A DNA stretch of 63,252 bases, the filler included, from Licmophora abbreviata (lineage: Eukaryota): NCBI GenBank assembly GCA_900291995.1. It is 18 parts of 18 records of this genome, joined end to end, with 100 filler letters (N's around TTAATTAATTAA, not from the genome) between each part and the next. Parts side by side here need not be neighbours in the genome. Positions count along the whole stretch, not along the records: positions 7,957 to 11,123 come from OLMU01001837.1; positions 11,224 to 15,169 come from OLMU01001838.1; positions 15,270 to 17,369 come from OLMU01001839.1; positions 17,470 to 21,729 come from OLMU01001840.1; 14 more parts are not named here. One strand, given 5' to 3'. The notes under the pieces are model-generated. The model was not told where the DNA came from and searched no databases. It saw only the letters and a program-made list of their open reading frames with translations. Within the stretch, counting starts at the first letter, position 1, and the number at the start of each line of letters is the position of its first letter. Of this stretch, positions 9,948 through 21,681 are shown piece after piece. Both the position numbers and the translations under genes were made by a program.

Positions 9948-12900
9948 TCACACCTTGCCCTTGCCGCGCTCGCCGCCACCCCTGCGGAACAGCCGGGTGA
10001 CGATCATGAAGAACAGCGGCACAAAGACAACCCCCAGGATCGTGGCCGACAGCGTACCCGCAAGCACGCCCGACCCGATGGCATTGCGCCCGCCCGAGCC
10101 CGCACCGGAACTCAAGACCAGCGGCAGCACGCCAAGCGAAAACGCCATCGAGGTCATGATGATCGGGCGAAAGCGCTGGCGCGCGGCTTCGGCCACGGCG
10201 TCGATCACGCGTTCTCCTGCCTCGTATCTGTCGCGGGCGAATTCCACGATTAGAATGGCGTTCTTGCCCGTCAGGCCGATCACCGTCAAAAGCCCCACCT
10301 GGAAGAACACGCCGTTTTCGAACCCGCCCAGCCACGCACCGGTCAGTGCGCCCAGAATGCCGATCGGCATCGCCAGCATCACCGCGAAGGGAATGGACCA
10401 GCTTTCGTAGAGTGCCGCCAGCGACAGGAACACCGCCGCCAGTGACAGCGCATAAAGCAGCGGCGCCTGATTGCCCGATTGCCGCTCTTCCAGCGACAGC
10501 CCGGTCCACGCCAGACTGTAGCCGCTGCCAAGCTCGCTCACCAACCGCTCCATCTCGGCCATGGCCTCGCCGGTGGTGACGCCCGTCGCGGGCGAGCCCT
10601 GAATCTGTATCGACGGCACGCTATTGTACCGATAAAGCCCCTGCGCGCCGTAATCCCATCGTCCTTCGGCGAAATTCGAGAACGGCACCAGCTGGCCGCT
10701 GGCATTGCGCACACGCCACTTGTCGATATCCGTGGGCACGGCGCGGGCATCGGCCTCGCCCTGCACATAGACGCGCTTGATGCGGCCCTGATCGATGAAG
10801 TCATTCACATAGGTCCCGGCCCATGCGATCTGCAGAAGCTGGCCGACATCGGTGGGCGTCAGCCCCATCGCACCGGCCTTGCGCCAGTCAATATCCAAAT
10901 TGAACTGCGCGGCATCCTCCAGCCCGCTGGGGCGGGCCGAGGCGATCAGCGGGCTTTGCGCAGCGGCCCCCAAAAGACGGTTGCGCGCGGCGACAAGATC
11001 CTCGTGGCTTTGCCCGTCGCGGGCCTGCAGGTAGAAATCGAAGCCCGACACGTTGCCAAGCTCGATCACCGAGGGCGGCACGATGGGAAAGACCTGTGCA
11101 TCCTGAATCTGGCTGAAGGCGCCNNNNNNNNNNNNNNNNNNNNNNNNNNNNNNNNNNNNNNNNNNNNTTAATTAATTAANNNNNNNNNNNNNNNNNNNNN
11201 NNNNNNNNNNNNNNNNNNNNNNNAATCCTCGACCTGCTTGACCACTTCCAGCGTGCGTTCGGCGGTGGCGCCCGTGGGGGTCTGGATCAACGTAAACAGG
11301 ATGCCCTGATCCTCTTCCGGCAGAAAGCCGGTGGGCGTGCGCATGAACAGCCCCACCATCACCGCCGCCAGCACAAGATAGATGATGCCCACCCGGAAGG
11401 GGCGGCGCACACTCCAGCGCACGGTGCCGGTATAGCCGTTGGTCAGTCCCGAAAAGCCGCTGTTGAACCAGCCGAACGGCCCGCGTTTTGCCGCGTGTCC
11501 TTTGGGTTTGAGCAACGAGGCGCAAAGCGCCGGTGTCAGCGTCAGCGCAACCACCACCGACAGCGCCATGGCCGAGACGATGGTGATGGCGAATTGCTGA
11601 TAGATCACCCCGGTCGAGCCGGGAAAGAACGCCATCGGCACGAAGACCGCCGACAGAACCATGGCGATCCCGATCAGCGCGCCGGTGATCTGGCCCATGG
11701 ATTTATGCGTTGCCTCGCGCGGGGGCAGGCCTTCTTCCTCCATGATGCGCTCGACATTCTCGACCACCACGATGGCGTCATCCACAAGCAGGCCGATCGC
11801 AAGCACCATCGCCAGCATGGTCAGCGTGTTGATGGTGAAGCCCGCCGCCGCCAGCACCCCGAACGTGCCCAGAAGCACCACAGGCACCGCCAGTGTCGGG
11901 ATCAGCGTGGCGCGCAGGTTCTGCAGGAACAGGAACATCACCAGAAACACCAGACCGATCGCCTCGAACAGGGTCTTGACCACTTCCTTGATCGAGATTT
12001 CCACAAAGGGCGTGGTGTCATAGGGAATGACGTAGTCAACGCCCGTCGGGAAAAACCGGGAGAAATCCTCCATCCGCTCCTTGATCGCGGACGCGGTGTC
12101 CAGCGCATTGGCCCCCGGCGCCAGCGTGATCGCCATGCCCGCGGCCGGATCGGCATTAAACCGGGCGATCGTGGCATAGTTCTCGGCCCCGATCTCGACT
12201 CGCGCCACATCATCCAGAAGCACAAGCCCGCCATCGGTTTCGGCGCGCAGCACGATCTGGCGGAAATCCTCGGGCGTGCGCAGCAGCGATTGCGCGGTGA
12301 TCGTGGCGTTGAGTTGCTGCCCCTCAAGCGTCGGACGCGCCCCAAAGGCCCCGGCCGAGATCTGCGCGTTCTGCGCCGAAACCGCCGCCACCACATCCGC
12401 GGGCGTCAACTCGAACGCGGCCAGTTTCGCCGGATCCAGCCAGATGCGCATGGCATATTGCCCGCCGAACACATTGACCGATCCGACCCCCTGGATCCGG
12501 CTCAGCTCATCGACGAGGTTGCTGACCATGTAATCGGCCAGATCCACCTGCTCGAGCATGCCATCGGTCGAAATCAGAGCGACGACCATCAGGAACCCGG
12601 CCGAGGATTTTTCCACCGTCAGCCCCTGACGCTGCACCGTTTCCGGCAATAGCGGCGTGGCTTGGCTCAGTTTGTTCTGAACCTGCACCTGCGCGATATC
12701 CGCGTCAGTGCCGGTCTCGAACGTTATTGTCACCTCGGCCAGCCCGGCCGCAGTGGAACTGGACGAAAAGTAGCGCAGCCCGTCAAGCCCGGTCATTTGC
12801 TGTTCGATCACCTGCGTGACGGTATTGGCCACGGTATTGGCCGACGCGCCGGGATAATTCGCGGTGATCGTCACCGAAGGCGGCGCGATCTGCGGATATT

Positions 12901-13000
12901 GCGCTACCGGAAGCGTGCGGATGGCCAGAATGCCGATGCCCATAATGAGGATCGAAATCACCCAGGCAAAAACGGGCCGGTCGATGAAGAAGCGTGCCAT
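9948..13000 (-). CDS. acrB: RND efflux permease, AcrB/MexB type; spans gap
   Basis: [50 protein letters not shown]. Confidence 0.92.
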
Positions 13001-13024
13001 AGGTTGCGTCCCTCTCTGCGCCGG

Positions 13025-14167
13025 TCAGTCAGCCGGGGCTGCGTTCGTGTCGCCGCCGCGTTCCTGCGCCGAGACCGTGGCGCCGGGCGCCGTTTTCTGA
13101 AACCCTGCCACCATCACGCGGTCGCCGGGCATCAGGCCGTCATTGACCACCCAATCGCTTTGACGATCCTGCAGAATGGACAGCGCGCGTTCTTCCACGA
13201 CCCCCTCCGCATTCACCACCCAGGCGGTTGGCCGCCCCCGGCGGTCGCGTACGACGCCTTCTTGCGGAACCAGAAAGACCCCGTTGACCACCTCGACCGG
13301 CAGCAGGACCTGCACATACATGCCCGGCAACAGCAACGTATCCGGGTTCGAGAACTGCATGCGCAGCGTCACCACCCCCGTTTGCGGGTCCACTTTCGGT
13401 TCGGCGGCCTGAAGGCGGCCCGTATGCTCGTAGTCCGAGCCATCCGCCAGCGTCAGCCGGACGGTGCCATCCGCATCCGCCAGCGCCTCCTCGGTTTCGC
13501 CGCGCCGCCACCGCAGCAGGTCTGCGGCGGATTGCGTCACGTCCACATAAACCGGGTCGATCTTGCGGATCACCGCTAGTGGTTGCGCCTGACTGGCGGT
13601 CACCAATTCCCCCTCGCTGGTCTGCGACAGTCCGATCCTGCCCGGCAGGCGGGCACGGATGGTTGTCCGCGACAACTCGATTTCGGCAGCGTTCAGCTGC
13701 GCTCGGGCCAGTTCCAGCGCGGCCAGCGCCGAGTCGCGCGCCGATTGCGCATCATCCAAAGCCTGTTCACTGGCCACGTTGCGAGCCTGCAATTCCTTCA
13801 GCCTCTCCGCCTCGCGTTCCGCCGCGCCAAGCTGGGCTTGGGCCTGCGAGACGCCAGCGCGCGCCTGCTGCACCGCGGCTTCATAGGTCGCGCTGTCGAT
13901 CCGGTAGAGCGGGTCATTTGCATCGACATGCGCGCCTTCCTGAAACAGCCGCTCGGTGATGATCCCATTGACTTGCGGGCGCACCTCGGCCTGCGCCGAT
14001 GCCGCGACGCGGCCCGGAAGCGTCGATGTCAGCGTGACGGTCTGAGGCTCCAGCGTGACGACGGTGACAGCTGTGGGCTGCCCGCCTTGCTGCGCCATCA
14101 TCATGGACGGAACCGCCATGAACAGGCAGGCCACCAAAGCAAAAGGCATACGTGCTGAAACTGTCAT
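13025..14167 (-). CDS. acrA: RND periplasmic adaptor, AcrA type
   Basis: AEVRPQVNGII, IDPVYVDVTQS, VDPQTG, LLPGMYV; RBS AAAGGG before ATG 14167. Confidence 0.88.
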   Translation of the reverse strand: MTVSARMPFALVACLFMAVPSMMMAQQGGQPTAVTVVTLEPQTVTLTSTLPGRVAASAQAEVRPQVNGIITERLFQEGAHVDANDPLYRIDSATYEAAVQQARAGVSQAQAQLGAAEREAERLKELQARNVASEQALDDAQSARDSALAALELARAQLNAAEIELSRTTIRARLPGRIGLSQTSEGELVTASQAQPLAVIRKIDPVYVDVTQSAADLLRWRRGETEEALADADGTVRLTLADGSDYEHTGRLQAAEPKVDPQTGVVTLRMQFSNPDTLLLPGMYVQVLLPVEVVNGVFLVPQEGVVRDRRGRPTAWVVNAEGVVEERALSILQDRQSDWVVNDGLMPGDRVMVAGFQKTAPGATVSAQERGGDTNAAPAD

Positions 14168-14308
14168 TTTTGGCCCTTTCAGAATGCGAACCGGCGTCAC
14201 GGCGCAGGTGCGATACATGTCGTGTCGTGCGGGCCTTAGACAGGCCAGCCCCACATATAACAATTGTCCCGATTGAACACGCAATGTGCGTTCATGCGGG
14301 ATGTGAAT

Positions 14309-16373
14309 CTACTTTAAGTCGCGTACCATCGGGCTGTTAAGAACCGGCCAGTTGCCCGCCGCGACCTGCTGCCCATCCTCGAAAGCGACAAAGCTGCGTT
14401 GCCCGAAATAGGCGAGCTTTTCAAGGTTTGCGCCCATATCTTCGGGCGTATCGCTGGATATAAACAGGAAAACCTGCCCTGATGGCGTGCGTTCTGCCCA
14501 TCCTCGCGCCGTTCCCGCGCGGCTTTCGGGCGGGCTGGGCGCTTCGATCAGCCGGTCACGCTCGGCCGCGACGCTGGCAGTATCGCCGATCACGGCGACC
14601 GGGTCTGATGTCATGTCCTCCGGCGCGACGCCGGCCTTGTCCTTCGCCAGTCCCGGAATGCGGCCTGCCAGCCGCGTGACTGGCGCGTCAAAGCCTTGCG
14701 CCACTGCGATCTCAAGCCGTTGCAGACCGGGATCGAACATCGCATCCGCAAGGATCGGCGCCGTTTCAGCCGCCAAAAGCTGCCGCGCAAGGTCGAAACC
14801 CGGATCGACGGTGACTTTCGTCGCCGCTTCGGACACTGGAATGTCCAGACGGGCGCTGCCCGAGCGCAGATCGACCATCTCCAGTTGCGCGCCTGTCTTC
14901 GTGTCGATCCGCACCGGCACGCGCAGCCGGTAATGCGGTGCGGTTTGCTCAAGCGTCAGGCGCAGTGTGCCATCGCCCTGAACCGCCGCTCCGGACATCG
15001 AGATTTCCGGCAGGCCCGACCGCGTGAGCCACTGATCGAAAAACCACCCGAGGTCACGCCCTGCGGCCTCTTCGAACGCCACCCTCAAATCATCCCACCC
15101 GGCAACCTGATGCATCTGCGTGGCGTAGAACCCTTGGATCGCGGTGTCGAATGCGGCCGCGCCGATCTCNNNNNNNNNNNNNNNNNNNNNNNNNNNNNNN
15201 NNNNNNNNNNNNNTTAATTAATTAANNNNNNNNNNNNNNNNNNNNNNNNNNNNNNNNNNNNNNNNNNNNCGAGGAAGACCGGAACGCCGTCAGCGGGCGG
15301 TCGTCATCGGGCGGCAGATCGGCCAGCGCGCGCAGCCAGTCCAGCCGCATCTTGCGCGCCGCATCCCAGCCCTCGGCTTCGGCCAACGCATGATCCGCCT
15401 GAAATGTGGTCAACCCCTCGGCCCAGTTGCCGCTGGCGTAATCCACCGCCACCGCATTGCCCCACCAACTGTGCAGCACCTCATGCGCCAGCGACCGGCC
15501 GCGCATATAGGGATGCGCAAGGATCGACTGGCTGACATAGGTCAGCCCGGCAAAGCCAAGCCCGACCGGGATGGGCGCGGAGACGACCGAAAACGACGCG
15601 TAGGGATAAGGCCCGATGCGGCTTTCGAATTGCTCGATATAGCCCGCGCTGGCGTTCAGATAAGCATCGGACAGGCTCGCATCGGTCGCGGCGAAATAAG
15701 TGCGCAGATCGCGACCACCGCTTTGCGTTTCGTGAATGTCGTAACGGCCTGTGAAAATCCCGATACCGCTCGCGCGGCCCTCGAAGCTGAATGAGGTCCG
15801 ATATCGGCCCTCTTCTGTCCTCGCGGCGATCCTCGATCCGGTGGCGACAGCGGTCTGCGCCGCGGGCGTGTCGATCGTGATTGCGAAAACATGCAGCGCG
15901 CGCTCATCCGTCGGCAGCCAGTCCGACCCGATGAGATAGCTGCCCTCCGGGCTGAACGCGACGGCGCGCGGCGCCCGCTCAAGCGGCGGTAGCCGACCCT
16001 CGAGCGTGATTTCAACCGGCTTTCCCGCATGGCGCTCGGCTGATATCTCCCCGGTATTGGGCTCATGCGTGGTTTCGCTGGCCAGCGCCATCTCTGTCAC
16101 CTGCAGCCAGTCTTCCCGAGGCAGGAGGATCGATCCCTGCGGCGCCATGATCCGCGTCGTGATCCTGACCTCGCCATCGTCGCCCGTCATGGTCACGTGG
16201 ATCTCTTGTGTGACCGGTTCATTGGCAAATTCATTGGCAAAAACCGCCGAGACAGGGGCCTGCCAAAGACAGGTTGCCACGATGAAGACGACAAACCGGA
16301 TCAAATCACGCGCCTTTCCCCTGACTGCAAAACCATCTTGCAACGACATAGTCTGGACCGGACCATCGTCCAT
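14309..16373 (-). CDS. M1-family zinc aminopeptidase, probably exported; spans gap; start uncertain
   Basis: LAHEVLHSWWGN (HEXXH) plus downstream WAEGLTT; FFDQWL in C-terminal part. Confidence 0.85.
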
Positions 16374-16898
16374 TCGCCGCCGCGTCTTTCAGGGTGCATC
16401 GCCACCTGCGACCCGTCTCACGGCCTCTTCTCCCGCCTCGTCTTGCGAATCGTGAATATGGCGCAAATGTGTCGTCGGGCACCCCGGATTATGTGCGTTT
16501 CGCCTATAAAGATGGCGAATTACCCCCTCTGTTTCCTAATGGGAAACAGTGGTGCGGTTAAGTCACGGTAAATATGGCGAGAAAAGAGCAGTATATTGAC
16601 AAAATAGTTACATTCATGCGCATACTGAGACACATGAAGCCGGTGATCTTTGGGTTCAGCGCGTCGGCAGGCGCCTTCGACAAGGAACCGGTCTCAACCG
16701 GATAACGCGTGGCAAAGTCCAGTTTGGCCCGCGTATTGGCTTATGAGTAGCCGCGTTTCAGCGGTATGGTGTGTCGTTTGAAGACTTACCGTTTCAAGCA
16801 GCCATTTAGTCTAAGGCCGGTCGTCCTCTGGGCGGCCGGCCGTTCCTTTTGGGCCACCTCCGACACTCCTCGCGTGCCCCAGACGTATCCCGCCCCGA

Positions 16899-17830
16899 TT
16901 ACCCCGCCTCCGCACGCGCCTGGTGGCTCTCTGGCGGCACACCCCCCAGATTTTCGGTCAGCTCCGCCGCCGCTCGGGCGACGATCTGGCCGATCCTGTC
17001 CAATTTGTCGTCCTGCAATCGCGCCGCAAGCCCCGACACCGAGATGGCGCAAGCCGCCTCTCCCTGCGGAGACCACACAACAGCCGCAAGACAGCGCAGC
17101 CCGGTGACATGCTCCTCATCATCCAGCGCATAGCCGCGCCGTCTGATCTCGGCGATATCCTGCAATGCGGTCTTCAGGTTGCGATGCGATCTTGCGGTCA
17201 AAGGGTGAAACCCGGTGCGCGCGACAAAGGCGTTGATATCCTCGTCCGTCCATGTGGCTAGGATGGCCTTGCCCATCCCCGAGCAGAACACCGGCACGCG
17301 GCCACCGGGCGGTGATATCGCGCGCATGATCTCGCGGCTTTCCACCTGACTGACCGTCACCAGCTCGTCNNNNNNNNNNNNNNNNNNNNNNNNNNNNNNN
17401 NNNNNNNNNNNNNTTAATTAATTAANNNNNNNNNNNNNNNNNNNNNNNNNNNNNNNNNNNNNNNNNNNNCCTGACTGACCGTCACCAGCTCGTCATTGTC
17501 CAGCAATCCAAGATTGGCCGTCTCGCGAGTCGCATCGCGCAGCCGGCGCAAATACGGCAGGGCAGGGGCCACGAAATTGTGCCGCCGCCCAAACGCCGCC
17601 CCCGCGGCAAAGGCTTCGCGCCCCACATGCCACAAGGCGTTTTCCGGCTCGAACTGGGCAAATCCCTGCAATTCCAACGTCGTAAGCAGCCGGTGGGCCG
17701 TCGATACGGCCAAACCGGCTTCGCGTGCCGCGTCGCTCACGCGCAGCCCCTCGTCATGCTGACTGAGGATGCGAAGAAGGTTCAGCGCGCGCACAACCGA
17801 TTGCACGCCTTGGCTTTTCTGAGTGTCCAT
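16899..17830 (-). CDS. IclR-family regulator divergent from glcB; split by gap with about 25-nt overlapping flanks
   Basis: [45 protein letters not shown]. Confidence 0.9.
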
Positions 17831-17840
17831 TTGGTATACC

Positions 17841-17857
17841 TTTCCATACAATGGAAA
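17841..17857. promoter_or_regulatory. Candidate IclR operator
   Basis: Perfect inverted repeat TTTCCAT-ACA-ATGGAAA between the divergent regulator and glcB. Confidence 0.65.
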
Positions 17858-17930
17858 ATATTTTTCTGTTTCTTACAAGTTTACGGGCTGTGCGCTAGCC
17901 CCTTCCCGAACATTAATCCGGAGGATCGAC

Positions 17931-20060
17931 ATGACCGATTACGTAGACCGCAATGGCCTGTCCGTGGCAGCCCCGCTGGCCCGGCTGATCGAAGATGACA
18001 TCCTGCTCGGCATCACGCCCGATGCGTTCTGGTCCGGCTATGCCGCGATGCTGCGTGAGCTGGCGCCCGTCAATGCCGATCTGCTGGCCAGGCGCGAGGC
18101 GCTCCAGCGACAGATCGACGAGTGGCACAAGGCCCGTCGCGGCCAACCGTTCGACGGCGAGGCCTATCGCGCCTTCCTGTCCGAGATCGGCTATCTGGAA
18201 GCCGAACCCGCGCCTTTTGCCGTCAGCACGCGCAATGTCGATGCCGAAATCGCCAGCATCGCGGGGCCGCAACTGGTGGTGCCCGTGATGAACGCGCGGT
18301 TCGCGCTCAATGCCGCGAATGCGCGTTGGGGATCGCTTTATGATGCGCTCTATGGCACCGACGCGATCGAAGGCGCGCCCGAAGGGCAGGGCTATGATCC
18401 GCGCCGTGGCGCCAAGGTGATCGGCTGGGCGCGTGCCCATCTCGACGAGGTCGTGCCGCTGGCGCAAGGCTCTTGGGCCAATGTCGCGGCGCTGGATGTG
18501 GCGGATGGTGCTCTTGGCGTCACCGTGGGCGGAGAGAAAACGACCCTCGCCGATCCCGCGCAATTCGCAGGCTATACCGAGGGCGGCAACGTGTTCCTGC
18601 GCGCCAATGGCCTGCTGATCGAGGTGGTGATCGACCGCACGTCTGCCATCGGCAAAGATGACCCCGCGGGCATTTCCGACATTCGGCTCGAAAGCGCGCT
18701 GACGGCCATTCAGGATTGCGAGGATTCCGTCGCCGCCGTGGACGCCGAGGACAAATGCGTGGTGTACGCCAATTGGCTGGGCCTGATGCGCGGCGACCTC
18801 GAAGAGCGGTTCGACAAGGGCGGCAAGACCGTGATCCGCCGCCTGAACCCCGACGTCACCTATCTTGATCCGCAGGGCAACAGCGTCACCCATCCGGGCC
18901 GCGCGCTGCTTCTGGTGCGCAATGTCGGCCACCTGATGACCACCGACGCCGTTCTGATGGACGGGGCCGAGACACCCGAGGGCATGCTCGACGCTGCCGT
19001 GACGGTTGCCGCCGCGATGCACGATCTGGCCAACACAGGGCCGCGCAACTCGCGCGCCGGCTCGATCTATGTGGTCAAGCCCAAGATGCATGGCCCCGAA
19101 GAGGTGGCCTTCACCGATACGCTCTATGCCCGTGTCGAGGATCTGCTGGGCCTGCCGCGCCATACCGTGAAGCTGGGCGTGATGGACGAAGAGCGCCGCA
19201 CATCGGCCAACCTTCTGGCCTGCATCAAGGCTGTGAAGGACCGGTGCGTGTTCATCAATACCGGCTTTCTGGACCGCACCGGCGACGAGATCCACACCTC
19301 GATGCAGGCCGGTCCCGTGGTCCCCAAGGGCGAGATGCAAAAAGAGCTCTGGCTGGCCGCTTACGAGGCGGGCAATGTCGATGCGGGTCTGGCCGCGGGC
19401 ATGTCCGGCAAGGGCCAGATCGGCAAGGGCATGTGGGCCAAACCCGATGCCATGGCCGAAATGCTCGGGGTCAAGATCGGCCATCCCAAGGCGGGCGCCA
19501 ATACCGCATGGGTGCCGTCGCCCACCGCCGCGACCCTGCACGCGACCCATTATCACAAGGTCGATGTCGCCGCACTGCAGGAGGAATTGAAGACCCGGCA
19601 AAAGGCATCGCGCACGGATCTTCTGACCCCGCCGCTGATGATCGGGCGCAACCTGTCGACCGAGGATATTCAGCGCGAGCTGGACAATTCCTGTCAGTCG
19701 ATCCTGGGCTATGTGGTGCGTTGGGTCGATCAGGGTGTCGGCTGCTCGAAAGTGCCCGATATCAACGATGTGGCCCTGATGGAAGATCGCGCGACCTTGC
19801 GGATTTCCTCGCAATATCTGGCCAACTGGCTGCTGCACGGCATCTGCACCCCCGAAGAGGTCGAGGCGTCTCTGCGCCGCATGGCGCCCAAGGTCGATGC
19901 GCAGAATGCCCATGATCCGGTCTATACGCCGATGGCGCCGGACTTCGATGGCGTGGCGTTCCGCGCGGCGCATGATCTGATCTTCAAGGGTGCCGAGCAG
20001 CCTTCGGGCTATACCGAACCGCTTCTTCACGCCGCGCGCCGCGCGGCCAAGGCCGCCTGA
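17931..20060 (+). CDS. glcB: Malate synthase G
   Basis: [75 protein letters not shown]. Confidence 0.97.
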   Translation: MTDYVDRNGLSVAAPLARLIEDDILLGITPDAFWSGYAAMLRELAPVNADLLARREALQRQIDEWHKARRGQPFDGEAYRAFLSEIGYLEAEPAPFAVSTRNVDAEIASIAGPQLVVPVMNARFALNAANARWGSLYDALYGTDAIEGAPEGQGYDPRRGAKVIGWARAHLDEVVPLAQGSWANVAALDVADGALGVTVGGEKTTLADPAQFAGYTEGGNVFLRANGLLIEVVIDRTSAIGKDDPAGISDIRLESALTAIQDCEDSVAAVDAEDKCVVYANWLGLMRGDLEERFDKGGKTVIRRLNPDVTYLDPQGNSVTHPGRALLLVRNVGHLMTTDAVLMDGAETPEGMLDAAVTVAAAMHDLANTGPRNSRAGSIYVVKPKMHGPEEVAFTDTLYARVEDLLGLPRHTVKLGVMDEERRTSANLLACIKAVKDRCVFINTGFLDRTGDEIHTSMQAGPVVPKGEMQKELWLAAYEAGNVDAGLAAGMSGKGQIGKGMWAKPDAMAEMLGVKIGHPKAGANTAWVPSPTAATLHATHYHKVDVAALQEELKTRQKASRTDLLTPPLMIGRNLSTEDIQRELDNSCQSILGYVVRWVDQGVGCSKVPDINDVALMEDRATLRISSQYLANWLLHGICTPEEVEASLRRMAPKVDAQNAHDPVYTPMAPDFDGVAFRAAHDLIFKGAEQPSGYTEPLLHAARRAAKAA

Positions 20061-20073
20061 GGGGGAACGATCC

Positions 20074-20499
20074 ATGATGACAGTCAAACGGCTTGACCTT
20101 GCTGATGCCGGCATCCTTCTGGCGGGCGCGCGTGCCAAGGCCGACGAGATCGGCGTGCCGATGTGCATCGCCATCACGGATGAGGGCGGCAACCTGATCG
20201 CCTTCGAGCGGATGGATGGTGGCAAGGTCACCTCGATCACCATCGCCATCGACAAAAGCTTCACCGCCTCGGGGGCCAAGAAGGCTACGCATGAGTACGG
20301 CACGGCCAGTCAGCCCGGCGCACCGGCTTACGGCATCGCCTCGGCGATCAGTGGGCGCCTGATGGTTGTGGGCGGTGGCCTTCCCGTGGTGGCAGATGGC
20401 GATGTCGTGGGCGGGATCGGCGTCAGTTCCGGCACACCCGCTCAGGATATTGAAGTGGCCGAGGCGGGCATCGCCGCATTCCTTGCCGCGCAGGGCTGA
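20074..20499 (+). CDS. glcG: GlcG/HbpS-family heme-binding protein
   Basis: IAITDEGGNLIAFERMDG, GGGLPV, GGIGVSSG; follows glcB. Confidence 0.85.
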   Translation: MMTVKRLDLADAGILLAGARAKADEIGVPMCIAITDEGGNLIAFERMDGGKVTSITIAIDKSFTASGAKKATHEYGTASQPGAPAYGIASAISGRLMVVGGGLPVVADGDVVGGIGVSSGTPAQDIEVAEAGIAAFLAAQG

Positions 20500-20536
20500 C
20501 GCCGCAGCCTCTGTCTGGTCCACTCCCGAACAAGCC

Positions 20537-20573
20537 GCGGGCGCAGAAATTCTCTGCGCCCGCTTTTGTTTTT
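20537..20573 (+). terminator. Intrinsic terminator after glcG
   Basis: GCGGGCGCAGA-N5-TCTGCGCCCGC followed by TTTTGTTTTT. Confidence 0.85.
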
Positions 20574-20930
20574 CACGTTCGTACGAAAGTGCCACCTCTT
20601 TGGTACGAGCCGTACCATTTTTCCAATGGCTCGAAACCGATCAGCGATCGGCGTTCACTTGCAAAATCCGGCCATGGACAAGACGCTCCGCCGTGTCCAC
20701 CCCTAGCGGCAAAACCCAAAGAAGCAATCCGCGCCCGAGCACTCCCGGAGAGCACCTGTCAGGCGCGGATCACAGCTTGCGCCACGACCGAACGGCCTTT
20801 CGGCACAGTGCGCTCAACGACGATCAGCCCGTCGCGACATGGTCAGGGCAGGGCGGGATCGATCCTGCGCAACGGGTCAAAATGCTTTTAAATTAAATGC
20901 TTGGCCCCTATGAGGAGCCCGTTCCTGACC

Positions 20931-21566
20931 TCATCTGGCCTCGTGGCGGGCCCGGAAGCGGGCGATCTCACGCTCGGTCGGCGCTTGCCCCGTGAATGTC
21001 ATGACGTAGTCCGGAACGCGCGCCAGACGGTCTTCCATGGCCTCACGCACCTGCATCGAGATATAGCCGATCTGCGTCAGGTACACGGTGCGCGCCCGAA
21101 CATCGGCCTCCCCCTCGGCGTATCCGAACCGGGTGAACATGCCTCGGATGGCATTCAGGCGGGTGGCATCGGCCGCGCGCACGCGCGCGGCGACCTCTTC
21201 GGATTGATGGGCCCAACCGCGCACGGCAAGGTCCAGTCGCGTCTCGAACGGGCCTCCGTCCAGAAACACGCTGATCAAGTTCAGCACAGCTTCGGCGATC
21301 GTTTCCGCATAGGCCTGCGTCGCGCGCTCGAGGCTTCCGGTATTGGTATCCTCCCAATCCGCCAAAAGCGCATCCAGAAGTGCCGCGCGGTCCGGAAAGA
21401 ACCAATAGAAACTGGTGCGCGACAGATTGAGGCCCGTGGCCAGCGGCTGGATCTTTACCGCATCGAGCCCTGAGGACAAGAACGCCTCGCGCGCGGCGTC
21501 AAGCCAGACCTCTCGCGAGCCGCGCCAACCCCCTGTCTTTTCAATTTTTTCCGCCTTCGTCTCCAT
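20931..21566 (-). CDS. TetR-family regulator
   Basis: WLDAAREAF...LATGLNLSRTSFYWFF HTH; divergent from the flavin oxidoreductase. Confidence 0.9.
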   Translation of the reverse strand: METKAEKIEKTGGWRGSREVWLDAAREAFLSSGLDAVKIQPLATGLNLSRTSFYWFFPDRAALLDALLADWEDTNTGSLERATQAYAETIAEAVLNLISVFLDGGPFETRLDLAVRGWAHQSEEVAARVRAADATRLNAIRGMFTRFGYAEGEADVRARTVYLTQIGYISMQVREAMEDRLARVPDYVMTFTGQAPTEREIARFRARHEAR

Positions 21567-21681
21567 GTCGCGATCCTACAGGCTCCCCTCCCATTCGGCA
21601 AGAAAATCGTCGTTGATGAACAATAAATTGACAGTAATGAACATTTCTGGAATCGTCCCTGCAGCCAACCGGAGCCACGCC

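Noticed and set aside
21616..21646. TetR operator in the tetR/stcD spacer
   Set aside because: Only weak symmetry (AAATTGACAGTAATGAACATTT) and an ATGAACA direct repeat; plausible but not supportable.
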